From the human T2T-CHM13v2.0 reference genome, Homo sapiens: a DNA stretch of 64,000 nt. The DNA lies in NCBI RefSeq assembly GCF_009914755.1, contig NC_060935.1; one strand, written 5' to 3'. A model generated the notes under the pieces. The model saw only the letters and a program-made list of their open reading frames with translations, had not been told where the DNA came from and made no database searches. Of the stretch, positions 1 through 13,261 are shown one piece after another. Position numbers and translations under genes: made by a program. Every line of letters starts with the position of its first letter. The stretch's first letter is position 1.

Positions 1-1015
1 AAATGCTTTCATTTCTACTTATCTGGATTTCCATATTTGAGGGCAAACTTAAGTTTCCACATTGCAGAGATAGTTGTTATAGATATGCCCCTAACCCATT
101 TAAAAGTAAGTGTTGGCTATACTTGGTAATCAGCATTTACAATTACAAGAGCCCAAATAATTTTTAGCAATTTTCCTTTGCAAAAAGTAACTTGAAAAGT
201 TTAAATGTCCCAGGTATCCAGATCTTGCAAATCAGAAAACATGTTCCTCAAAGGGACCTATCCTCTCTCAGCAAGAACACCAAAAATGCAGTTACCCTGT
301 TTCCTATGAGACAAGAAGACAAAAAATATAAATACAAAATTTAAAAATCAGAAGAACATTTTTAAATGAATTTTCAACTATTTAAGCCAGGAAAAAAAAT
401 ATATATATATATATATATGCTGAGACCCAATTACTAAAATAGGCTAATGCCAAGGTTGACAGTGATCTTTATGTTGCTTCAGGTCTTTAGGATTAACTAG
501 ATCCTAAGTATTCAGGTTCTTCTTGTCCTGCTGTTGCACATCAGTCTTTGAGTCTATGTAAGGTGAGACTTTAAAACTTTGAAGAAAAATCACTGGAATT
601 TATAGATTTAAAATTTTAAGAGAGGATTACCTTTCACAATAGTTGCCTTGAAGGGTCATATGTTTATTCCAACATTACTGTCATTGGTCCTGCATATTTT
701 CAACTACTCCTTATATCCTTTCCTTCTATGACAATCAATGTGTCACACCTATACCCTAGTGTTTGATAGCTACAACTGGGCTTTCTTTTTTAAAATCCAC
801 AACTTCAGTGTCCACCTTAACAGCATGATTCCAAATAACTTTGGGCTGATTCCAAATAAATTATCCTAAAAAATAAAGATCTGCTACTTCTGAGACTATT
901 CAAATAATACCCAAATAAAATTCACAAGGAGAAGTAGAAAAAAAATTTTTGCTCAACAGCCTCAATAAAATAAGTCTACATGAACTCCTAAAATGATTCC
1001 TGTAAAAGACACAAA

Positions 1016-1021
1016 CTCTCT

Positions 1022-1060
<39 letters not shown>
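1016..1060. repeat. Compound (CT)n(GT)n microsatellite
   Basis: ctctctctct followed by ~18 gt units. Confidence 0.97.
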
Positions 1061-1065
<5 letters not shown>

Positions 1066-1067
1066 CA

Positions 1068-1109
1068 CTCATAGGTGTGTATATATATATATATATACAC
1101 ACCTATGAG
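1068..1109. repeat. Perfect 42-bp palindrome centred on (AT)8
   Basis: CTCATAGGTGTGT-(AT)8-ACACACCTATGAG; arms are exact reverse complements. Confidence 0.95.
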
Positions 1110-1597
1110 AAGGTTTTTGTCCTTAATTGGTGAAAGTTTCCAACATCACAACAGAATATTTCAGTACTCTGGAGCAAAACACTCCACTGTCTATTGAAGA
1201 AACCCAACTTGCTTTCTAGAAATAATTTTTGAAAACCTCATGATTGAAGCTCAGACATAAAAAGGGTTAAGTCAAAGGCAGTGGTAGATGCTTCATATAT
1301 ACAGAAATTGTAACCACTGTTAATTCTTTATCTGTCTTTTTACTCAATAAATATACTAGAAAACATTTAAATGAAGACAATGCAAGATAATTTCCATTTC
1401 ATGCAAAGCTGATCTGTGATATGGCACGTCTGCAAAACAGTAGTGTTAGAGTGATTTTTTTCACAAAGTAACCTATTTTTCACATTTTAGTTTTCTCGTA
1501 GAAAGGTATAGATATCTATGGTACCAACAACTTTTCTGTAGAGTGTGAGTGCTATTCCTGTTACACACAGTATAATAGTAACACAGCAATCTTTTAC

Positions 1598-1723
1598 TTT
1601 TTTCCTTCCTTCCCTCCCTCCCTTTTTCCTTTCCTTTCCTTTCCCTCTTTCCCTCCTTCCCTCCCTCCCTTCATCCTTCCTCCCTCCCTCCCTCCCTTCC
1701 TTCCATCCCTCCCTTTCCTTCCT
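1598..1723. repeat. (CCTT/CCCT)n polypyrimidine tract next to an L2 3' end
   Basis: ~125 bp of almost pure C/T, followed by ttcatttattcaatcaacaaatatttattgaagcactatg (reverse L2 tail). Confidence 0.9.
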
Positions 1724-2559
1724 TATTTTATTCATTTATTCAATCAACAAATATTTATTGAAGCACTATGCTAGATATGAATGATGATTTACCTCTCTTA
1801 ATTTTAAATTATCTATATAGACAATGAGTATTCAGTTAAACTATGTGTTACACAAAAGGTAGAGATTTGCTTCTACAAACTGGCAAGAAACATTTAAGCA
1901 AGATGTAAATGGTATTCACAATTTAGAATTAAGTCAGAAATGCTCTGCTGAAACCAATAATTTGGGGTTTCAATTTTCTTTTATATTCTTTATTCTTATA
2001 CAAGCTATAAATCATATCACTACCCATTCATTCTTCCAAGATATGAGAACATTTAAATGAAAAGTTCTGTTTATTCTTTCTCCAAACCAGTGACTAAATT
2101 TAAATAAAATGTTCTTAAGGTTAAAGAAACATGCCATTTCTTTTAAAGTTGTCAACGCTCCAAAAAAGTTTAGAAAAGGAAAACCAAAAGAAAGATTGTC
2201 AATGCATAATTTTAAACATATAAGATTAGCTTTAACCCATGGGCTTTTTAATATACAAGCCAAGAATGCTGTCAAAGTAAAAATGAAAAGAATAGGTGAA
2301 TTGGGGAAAAAAGTATCGTGAAATATTACTGCTTTTAAAACGGTTCATTTTCTTTGAGCTAGGTATTTATGCCAATTCAATCATTCAAAGAAGTTTAATA
2401 ACGGATTTCAATCAGTCCTTTGTTTTTCTTTTACTTTTTGTCAGTTAGGAAACACGTATCTGTTTTTATGTTATGTAGAACTGAAATGGGAAATCCAGAA
2501 ATGCCGAGCTTTTCTTGAAGCTAAGCAGTGAGGTTTGCATCTAGGACAGTCAGACACAT

Positions 2560-2715
2560 GGACTAAAGGGCCAGCCGTGAGATGTTAGTTCCGGTTCTAT
2601 CCCCCGGCCGTGTGACTTAAGGCAAGTCACTCAATCTCTGTGAACCTCCACATCCTCACCTATAAATGGGGATAACAACAATATCTATCTCAAATAACTG
2701 TTGCTGTGAGAATTA
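2560..2715 (+). mobile_element. MIR SINE fragment
   Basis: MIR core tgtgacttaaggcaagtcactcaatctctgtgaacctc...aaatggggataac. Confidence 0.85.
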
Positions 2716-4189
2716 CTGAGCACTTTCTATGTGCATAGCATGGTGCTAAATTCTACTGATACTCGAGAATAATCCCTAGCCTCATGCTTAGAAATCCAGT
2801 CATGGAGGGAAAGCAGATGCTGACACAGCTGGGTTTACTGTTGTTCTTTAGTATTTGAGATGGGGTAGTTAATGCAGAATGGCATGGTACAAACTAAAAA
2901 TACCAACTTTGGCAAATGTACTATTCAAGACTTGTTAAGTTTCTCTATTACCTAAATGTTTATTTTTATTCCTTCGATGGGAAAAAAATAAAGGTAAGAA
3001 AGAATCATATATGCACGATGGGGAAAGGCAAGTAAAGGAAACATATTCATAAGTAAAAGGTCAAGGTTATGCCTATAAAACTTCATAAATAGCCAGAAAT
3101 AACAGAGAAAATGGAAATGTCCAATTTATCTGGAATCATCATGACAGTTTTTAATTAAATTATATTGATGAAAATATTCCAGAAGTTAATAGAGTACCTG
3201 CCTTCTTAAACAGAGTGAAAAAAATAATAATTTTACCATTATTGCTGACTCAAGTCAACACTTGCATCCTGCTAAGTGTTATCAAGGAATTCTTCATGCT
3301 ACTTGAGCCTACTTGTATCTAGCAGCACCCCCCAACTCTGTACCTCTCAAACCTCAAATTTTCTAGTTCCCATGTATGTATGGGGGGGTGGAGAAAAGAT
3401 AACAAAGACAGATAAGATTTTGAACAAGTTCTACAGGATTGTAAAATTAAGACAGATTTGCTGTCGGTGAAACCCCGGGGCTTTTCTTTGAGTAGTGTGC
3501 ATAGGCCTTAATGCAAAGACTGTGTGACACCTATGGCAGCTGGAGGCCTTTCTGGTTTACTCCTAAGCCGCAGCTGTGTTCCAGGTAGCTGAGGTTATCT
3601 GATACATGGCCTCCAGATAAGTGAGGTGGCACTGCACCTCATCACTAGATCTTAGAAAGAATAGAAAACAAATACCTGCTTCAATAAAAGGTTAGCAGAG
3701 AAATGCTTAAATACATTTCAGTGTCTGACCCAGAAATACACACTTTAAAATGAAGAAAAAAGAAGAGTAATATTTGTGGGTAACATAAAAGTCTGTGGCA
3801 TCTTATCATTTCAGTGTTTTGTGCAAGCTTTCAGAACCATCTGATACCAGGAGATTCTATTTGTTGTTACAGGCATTACATGCTGGATAAACAAACAAGT
3901 ACTACTTTACATAGTTCAACTACTTCGTGATATGATATCCCTACAAAGAGAGAGAAAGATTATCTTATTATCTCCTGTTTTCCATGACTGTAGATAGCTA
4001 TCCTAACTTTCCCTGAGTTCTAGTCATGGTAATGAAAGACACTATTTGACGATTTCTGTCGAAATGAACTATTTAACAGTAAAATCAAGTAAAACAACAA
4101 CAAATAGGTAATAAAAATTTTTAAAAGATTTAATAATCATGGAAGACGTCTCAGGAAATGAAAAAATCTACAACGATCCTCATGATTGT

Positions 4190-4580
4190 CATGACTAACA
4201 TTTGTTGGGAGCTTACTATGGTGTGAGGCACTGGGCTAAGCACTCCACAAAATATAATCATCCCTCGGGGATCATCAGGGGTTCAGTTCCAGGACCTCTG
4301 CATATACCAAAATCCATGCATATTCAAGTCCTGCCATTGGTCCTGCAGAATGTGAGGATAGGAAAATCTGCCCCTAGTGTAGACCGTGGGTTTCATATCC
4401 CGTAAATACTATATTTGCCATTCATGTTTGATTGAAAAAAATCCAGGTATAAATGGACCCACGCAGTTCAAACACATGTTGTTCAAGGGTCAAATATATC
4501 TCATTCAGGCCTCCCAACAGTCCCAAAAAGCTAAGTCCCATTATGCCCCCAGTTTGACAGATGGGAAAACAGGCTGAGAG
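4190..4580 (-). mobile_element. MIR split by MER8
   Basis: MIR halves at ~4190-4252 and ~4499-4580 (tttgacagatgggaaaacaggctgagag). Confidence 0.8.
4255..4496 (+). mobile_element. MER8 (TcMar-Tigger MITE), full length
   Basis: ttccaggacc...taccaaaatcc...gcagttcaaacacatgttgttcaagggtcaa matches the MER8 consensus; TA dinucleotide on both sides. Confidence 0.88.
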
Positions 4581-6467
4581 TGGGCATGGAGCTTGCAGAA
4601 AGTCAGAGACACCTCAGTGAGGAAAACTCTCTTTTTCATGTTATCATTTTTATCATTTTAGACCAATATACATGGTATCTGTATGTTTTCTTGATTTTTA
4701 AGAAAACTAAGATTAATCAGATGAGCAGTGATGGGCAACAAAAAGATTCCCTATATCCAGAAATCACCAATACCAACTTATTTGTCCAAACTTTAAAGGA
4801 ATGTCATCAGATTAGTTTTCACCTATCGGCACAAGGATAAGATTTTCCTACTCAATGTATTTAATATGTTTCTTCATCTTTTAATTTGTTCATCAACTAT
4901 TTAGTGACTAGGAGTTCCATGAACATGAATACAACACATTCCCGTCCTACAAGAAGCTCACAGTCTGGTACAGAAGAGAGAAATGTAAACAGAGTATTAC
5001 AGAACAATGTGACAGTGTAGTGACAGCCATAGGAGCTGCTATAATAAGTGAGCCGGGAAAGGTGGCAATTGGTTAACTACCAGAAAAAGAATGATTAGTT
5101 TCTTGCTCCAATGCCGCTTTATTTAAATTTCAGGGACTCTATTTTTGGATAACTCAATTTAACATGCCCTAGACATTAAGCACATTCACAAGACAGTTAA
5201 AACAGACTAATATCACCACTAGAGAGGTGTGTTTTCTCTCCATCACCTCTAGCAAGCAATTCTACACTGAAGCATCTCATGTTTTGATTACCGGAGGGTA
5301 GGATGCTAAATAAATACACTGCTGGAATGTACTAATCCATTAGTAGTAGCCTCAATATAGCTGAAATCACAGGACTTATAGTAAATCATACTCAGGAAAA
5401 ACACCTACTTCTACTTCATGCCGTATCAATATTAGAGCAACAAGATATATCAAGGAAGAGTATATTTAAAATAAAATTACATTCTACATAAAACAAAGAG
5501 CTTAGAACACACTTGATTGATTTCTTGTCCCCACCTTACCAAAAATAAAACTCCAGGTGATTTGTATTGGCACAAAACCAAAATTAAGTGTCTAGTTGTG
5601 CTAACACCTAAAACATCAGATGACTAATAATCTAAATCCTACCTTAAAAATAGAATATATTGCATAGCAAGAACTCTGACAACCCTTTGTTTGTGGGAAC
5701 GTAGCAGAAGAGACTAAAGCCAGTCTAACCACAGGTTAAAATGTCCAAAGATTTTGATATATTTCACCCTAAAGCAGCCAAGAGATGGCTGGGAGTATAA
5801 TTTCTCTAAACAATGTGAGCAGAAAATCAGACAATGTTTCTAAAATCTAATCAAAGCAGAGGAAAGTATGCTGTAAATGATTTTTTAGATCCTTGGAGAA
5901 AAAAAAAACTAGAAAAGCAGCAAGCAATAATATTGGCAACAATTTCTCATGTCACCTCAAGAATTGCTTCTAAACAAAGATCCTGAAGGGAAACCTAATT
6001 TTACATTAGGCAGTGACCATCAGCATATACTATATAATAATATTTGCAGACAACAGTGATTATGCCTTCTGGGTTTTCCTATACAGTGAATGACTAGCAT
6101 ACCAGTAGTACATACAATATCTTCCCAAATGAAGAAGAAATCACAAATCTACAAAAATGTCCCTATTCTACCATGTGTCCCAGACATAAAAAAGTGGAAG
6201 GAAATGAAGCAACCATTCAAATGTTAATTTATCACTTCAAAGGGTAAAAATATGTCTGTGCAAACTACTGAGTCCTTGACATTAACCAGAAGAAGGTAAG
6301 CTGAATGCTCTGCCAGTTAGTACAATTTATAAATAGCTTGGACCCAAAGAAACCTAAAGGGGGGAAATTATCATAGATAGTACTAGATATTATTTAAAGT
6401 CTAAGATCAACTAGCTTTACAATATAAAGCTGCTGGACAGCTAACTGACTGGGAAAAACCTAAGGTC

Positions 6468-6886
6468 CAAGAGACTGCTAACTGTCCACTAAATCCATTT
6501 TCCTCTTCTTCCATGCAGCCTGGCACAAGGCTGGCCTGCTCCTCTGCATTTCCTGGTCTTCCCTGAAGCGGGGTCAGCCAGGCGACTAAGTTCTTTTCCA
6601 TGTGGGCAGAATTGATGTGTGCCATTTCCAGCCTAGTGCCTGAGGTTGCTCCTCCTGTACTTTCTCCTTCCTCCTTCTGGGAAGCTGAAACAGTAACACC
6701 AGAGTGCCTCCAGAGTGACATGCAAAAGGTGGCAGAGCTGCCATTAACTTAGGTCACTGAACAACTAGATGAAGCCAACCCATCCATAGATCTGGACCAC
6801 CCACCCTAGACTAGTGAGTGAAGGTAAGAAAATTTCCAAACATTCAAGCTATTGTAAATGTGAAGCTCTCTATCCTCACTAACACA
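6468..6886 (+). mobile_element. MLT1J-type MaLR solo LTR (diverged)
   Basis: gagactgctaactgtcc...ccattttcctc...gactaagttc...actaacaca; similar to the copy at 11977. Confidence 0.7.
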
Positions 6887-9800
6887 ATCCCAGAGAACTG
6901 CTGATAGAGATGCAAGATATTGATAACAATATTATGGATAATGTTCTCAACTGACTAGTCATGAGTGACCATGCATCTTCAAGGTCAACAAGTGAGTCCA
7001 CTGGGGAACTAGTACCCCAGGAAACACCTGTACAAACGCCACCACTATGCTCGGTATTAGCAGAGGGAAAGGCAAGAGTAGAAGCCCTTCTCAGGATTCT
7101 TCACTCAAAGCTCATGGGGAAATACTGTGAAAGGGCACATGGGGGGACACTGGGGGAGAGAAGAACAGTCAGGAGCCACTAAACAATTAAGTTAATGAGC
7201 TCGGGTCCCTATTATGCATCAACATGGTTGCCTTTTCTTCTCATCCCCAGTAAATTATTTCTTCTATGAATATAAAAAGTTCACACGCATAAAATAATTG
7301 CCCCTGCCCTTCAACTTCAAAGGACATGCTTCACTATAAGTAATACAAGTGAGCCTTACTAATTTCTGAGAAACATAAGCAGAGTAGATAAGTGAGCCCT
7401 CAGAATCAAGAGTCTATGACTAAGACTATGCAGTATGACTATGTAGAAAGTGCTCATTCCTCGTTTGTATATGAAAGATTTATTTTAGGTGGCTTTCCAA
7501 GGTACTATGCTGGATGTCATGGATATGGTAGTAAACAGAGTGCCCATAATTTCTGTGCTCAGACACTCTTAAAACTGGAATTCTCTGAGCCAGCTTGTAT
7601 GACAGACATAGCACCAGTGGAAGGCAAATGGTAACAAAAACACCCACCAAGCGTTCATTCACAAACCCTGCCAGCAGGAATAAAAACTGCAAAGATGATT
7701 TTGTTTCATAGGCAAAATGACCATACAAAAACAAATAACTTCTCAAGCTAAGTCAATTTTGACTGTGACATATTGGCATCTAGAACAAATGGTCACTTTC
7801 AGCAGAAGCTTGTTTCATAAATTAGGGGAGAAAGTTCATGAAATGTTAAAAATTCCAACCAAGCAACTGGGATGTAAATTGTGATCGGATTTGGAGTTGA
7901 CACGTTAAACAGTTTAATCTAGGTACAGCTCTCAGCAGTGCTAGGCATATGCAAGAGAAACAGATGCTTTGAATCATTTCAAAGTACATCCCTGTCAGAA
8001 ATGTCCTTTGTGACACTAAAATCAATTTCCTACGCCTTTACTAACTGTTCTACCAAAAGAAAAAGGAGGGAGGAAGAGAAAAAAAAGGACTCTTTTAATG
8101 GAAACGTCTTCCCACTGAGGCAAAATTAAACCCAAACCTATTAAACAGTACAAATTTATGTTCAATTTTTATAATTAGTGTTTCTTTGATAGAAAAGATG
8201 GCAAAAGGACAGGATGGGACACGACACATTTTCATTGTGGAGAACTACAAAGTTTTTGACTTGTCCTGAAGAAATGAGAGAAATCCAACAAGAGTTGTTA
8301 ATGTATAAAAATGAGATTCCAGCTCCTGTCCAAACTAGCCCAGAAAACTGCATGAGAACAGATTCTGTTTTACTTGGGAATCTCAACTACTTATACAAAC
8401 TCAGAAACTTTTTTTTCCCCTCTCATTGCAGATTGTTAAATTCACATGGCCACCTCTCCTGAAAACCTGCAGTGTATCTTTAAATATACTTTTTGACAGG
8501 TGCCTGTATCGTTGCCTTGGAAATTCAATTAAACACACATCACATATGTTTAGCCAAAAAAAAAAAAAATGGAATAATCAAAACACCACCAAACAAAACA
8601 AAAATGGGAACACAAACTGAGTATCTAAATACTATAGCGTGTCACAACTCTCCTGAAAAAGAGGAAAAGTTTCTCAGTCCCACTACCTGGAGCAACACGA
8701 ATTAAAAACACAATTGTTTCTTTCTTTCCCATTTTAGTTATCTTGACCTACCACAAAGCCCATACTTTTGCTAAAAAGGGAATAAGTCATAATACAGTGC
8801 AATTTTCATTCAACTGGGAGGGTGTTTTCTGCATGCTTCTCTCCTCTTGCTTCCCGGTGTTGGTTTAATATGGAGCATTCCAGCTCCTCCTGTAGACAGG
8901 CATCCTGCGAAGAGTCTCCAGAGAGTCATATCCCACCAAAACCCAAATAATTTGGCCAGCCATGAACATGCCTGAGAATAATGCCCATTTTCCAAAGGAT
9001 TTTGTCATTTACTGGACTAAGATACACACATTTTTTAAAATGCTCAGTATGTAAGGTTTTTCAAGTTATTTGGCTTTGGGGGACTCACCCCTACTATTTA
9101 GGGTCAGCAATTACCTTGCATCCTATAATGTCTGATCACAATCAAGTCAGCTAGAAACATCTCCACAGTGAGTTAGCTATGTCTAATGAGAAAAGTTCAT
9201 CTTGGGAGAGTGAGTAACTCAGTTGCAAAGGAGGCATTTAAACATCTGAACAAGGCTCTGTTCACCTTGTTCAGCTTGTTGATAGTTTTCATTCTTTCCA
9301 CAATGGCCAAAGAATAGAAAAGGAAGAGGCAGAGGTTTGGGCTACAGTGTGTGATAGTTCCGAGGCGGAATTCCGATCCTTCCATTTGGCACCTCCTCTT
9401 GCTAAAGCCAAGAGGAGACATGGGCACAAAAGTAGCAGCAAATGCAAAGAATCTTATCCAGACACAAGCAGCAATAAATTCATCCTTAAAATGTATAGTG
9501 TTACCGTGAATAGTCATTTTGAGCTAAAACCCAGAAAACTGTTATGTTCCTTTAGTGACGCTATCTGGTCACCTCTAATGCAATGATACAAATGCCAAAA
9601 ATCTCTCCTTAAGGCCCTGAGAAGACTTGGACCAGAGGAAAAGATTTAGCATATGAGACAGCAAGAGAAGCCATCTTAAGGAAGTGTTCTACTAACATCT
9701 TTTACAAGGAATAAAACTGACTATATAGCAAGATAAAGTGAGAGAAAATGCAACGTGCTATACTGACTTCCTAGTCAGCAAAAGTTAATGAATTGCAGAT

Positions 9801-10868
9801 CACGAGCAACTCAATGTAAAACCACAGTGTGTGCATGTTATGAAATTACTCCACAAAAGATTGCTTAAGCAAATTTACAATGAAAAACAACATCAAAACA
9901 CCAAGGAAGTGGAATGAATATAAATACGAAGCACACTTAAACACCTAGGACATTTATTTTAAGAAGGCGGAAAAAACGGCTCCTCAACCTTCAATGACTT
10001 TTAAAAACTATAAAGGAGGATCAGATAAGCATCTAGGTCTTCTTCATAACAATATATATTTTACACAAGCAAGTAAGCCCAGATACAGAAAATTGATCTT
10101 CAATTGCCCCTGCAGCCTTGCAGACAGCATGCAAAAATCCAACCGTGGACAGTCTTTAAAGGGTCAAACTGAATACACAACACCTGGAGATGAACACGAA
10201 AAATTTAAATAGGGCCTGTGGGTCTCTAAAGAGCAGTTTTTAACTGGCCTATAAGCTAATAAGAGTGGTTATAAACTGTGAACAACCAATGCCCTACACG
10301 AAGGAACATTTATCACACTAACACGCCTGTAAAGTGGAGAGGGTTCATCCACATGCTCTCTGCAGCTTCTATTAGAACGTTAATTGTTCATACTGAAGAA
10401 AAGGAGACATAAGGAATGGCTTTTACCATCACGTGTTAAGTTTATTTTTGTTCCTCTGACCAGTTCCCAAGGGGCAGGAGGCTAATGACTGTTCTTCATC
10501 ATCAACTGCAAAGGATATTTACATCCATCCTGTAACCATGACAGCTGTGTCACTAATTCCCTAACTACCTCCACCACATGAACCAATCATCTGGCATGAA
10601 GCTGCAAGATGGAGTGCCCTGCAGTCATTATTCACCAAGCACTTTCATTAACAAACTGCCCTTAATTACAGTGGTAATTGCAAAATTATTTCATAGCAGC
10701 AATTATTTTTCTCAGCCAATCCAGGCTATATAAGTAGGACATTGCCTATGAAAATGGCATAAGGCCAAGTAATCTATGACCAAAGATATGTTTTAATTGT
10801 ACTACCAACTTAGTTTCAAAATATTGCATCAGAGGGCTTTGAAATTACATTATACATCCTATTACACA

Positions 10869-10870
<2 letters not shown>

Positions 10871-10901
<31 letters not shown>
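10871..10901. repeat. (CA)15 microsatellite
   Basis: Seen directly. Confidence 0.97.
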
Positions 10902-10903
<2 letters not shown>

Positions 10904-11799
10904 AAAAGTAAAGCTAACCTTCCCTACTTATTTTTTTTAATTTGAAAGCAAAATGCGTACATAACATTCACATTAAGTACCTAAACTAATGCTACTGTCT
11001 AGCAAAGTAAAAATAATGAGTCTCTATATCTAAACCTATACTTTCAGAACTGCTGAACAAACTAACCCATCCATTAGAAATGCATCAATTCCCTTCCATC
11101 CATTCCTTTTACTTAAAAGCCCTTCGTTCTTTCATATTCATACATTTAGATACTCAGCTATGATAAGAAATACTGGAATACCTGTCCATCTGTTGGCCTC
11201 ATAAATAAAATCACAAAGGAGTTTCCAGAAATCACATCCTAATGTTCAAAATTATAGGCTGAAACACATCTATGCTTAGTTTCCTCAAGTTTCAACTTGA
11301 AAATTCGTAAAAATTTACCCTGAAGATGAAACTAGAGTCATAATGTCCTATTTGGGGAATAGTGAATTTTCAGTGAAGTTAGAGTACAAGAAGTGTGTGA
11401 TCTGGAGACTAGGGAGATGTGGCGGAATCAAGATTAAGCTTTTAATACTTCAATCAGACTACATGAAGACATGAATACTATTCTAAGGAGTTTGGATGTG
11501 ATCTTGTAGATAGTGAAGACGGGTAGAAGGCAAGGAAAGATGACGGCTTGAATTCAGATACGGGAATGGAAATGGAGGGACAAGTTTGAGAAATCCATGA
11601 AGAATTTTGCAGGCAGAATTATACTTGATGACTTTTAGGTACAGACAGCAATAAAGACATACTCAAAGATTGCTCTGAGGTTTCCAGCCTGTTGGAATAG
11701 GTAGGTGGTGAGCTAGGTAATGCAGTAAGGATCTGTAATACACATAAGCATTTTAAGTATCTATAGGACATTAACCTAGAGATATTAAGGAAGTAGCAA

Positions 11800-12560
11800 G
11801 AATAATAATTAACATTTATTGCTTACTTATATGCCAGACACTGTGCTTAATGCATTATATGCATTAACTCACTTGATACTCAAAACAATAGGATCTTGAA
11901 TTAGATCCTGTTTTTACAACCATTTTTTATAGACAAGAATGCTGAGGCTCAATGAGATGAAAGGATCCAAGGTCACTATGGCAGAGAATGCTAGTTGCCT
12001 CACAAACATCCATTCTTCTTTCTGTCCTTGGTAACAGAACCCCTCTTTTTAAGCTGTGCCTGGTAAAGATAACATTTCCTACCTCCCTCACATCTAGGTC
12101 ATGAGCTTTAAGAGGAAGTGTTGCGTGGGTTGGAAAAGAAACTGGTTGTGCCAAAAGCAGCTCTTCTTTGTCTTTCCTGCTGCCTAACAGGCAGCAGCAC
12201 TGGCAAAAACTCCATCTTGGACCATGAGATGACCATCAGTAAAAAAGTCACCAACTGAGGATGGTGAAGCAGAAAAAAGAAGGCTGAATTCAAGATTTTT
12301 GTGGAAGCACCATACGTGCCCTGGATTGCCCATCTCTCCACTTCTTTCTACTTTAAATAATGTTTTAAAAAACATTATTTAAATCACTATTTTGGTGATT
12401 TTGCAGGTAGAATTATATTCCCATTTACTCATTATATAGGTACCCTGCCAATTCTTTGGGAGCCAAAAAGTACTCCTAAAATAAACAGTCACACGGCTAA
12501 TAAGTCACGTAGTCAGAAACTGAAGGCAGTTCTTTGATTCTAAATTCTATGATCTTAACA
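11800..12560 (-). mobile_element. MIR split by an MLT1J LTR
   Basis: MIR reads ...ccaaggtcac before the LTR and resumes acggctaataagt... after it. Confidence 0.8.
11977..12487 (+). mobile_element. MLT1J MaLR solo LTR (~510 bp) with 5-bp TSD
   Basis: Starts tatggcagagaatgctagttgcc, ends aaaca; GTCAC duplicated at 11972-11976 and 12488-12492. Confidence 0.85.
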
Positions 12561-12935
12561 AAAAGGGCCAGACTGCTCAAGGGAGCAATTGAGGCTATAG
12601 GTACAGATTGTCAATTATTGGTTTATGTACATCCTGACAGATGTTGTTACTTCCTCTAATACAAAAATAATGCAAAAAATGCATCATTCAAAAAAGGTAT
12701 TGCCATTAGATAAACCATGTAGATGATGAAGAATTAACATCTTACCAATTTTAGAGAACTAAAATAAATAATCCTAACAACCCTAAAATTATCAAACATA
12801 ATTTTATCTTCCTGTTGGGGCCTTATTTGGAGATTCTGTAGTGTATTTTTATTAAACAGAGCTACAAAAAAATCGGCAAGTTACCTATATGCTGAGTAAA
12901 CGGGAAACAATCTAGTTCCATCTTTTCTAAACTTT

Positions 12936-13261
<326 letters not shown>

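Noticed and set aside
1487-1784. Charged or low-complexity ORFs on both strands
   Set aside because: Translations of the CCTT/CCCT tract.
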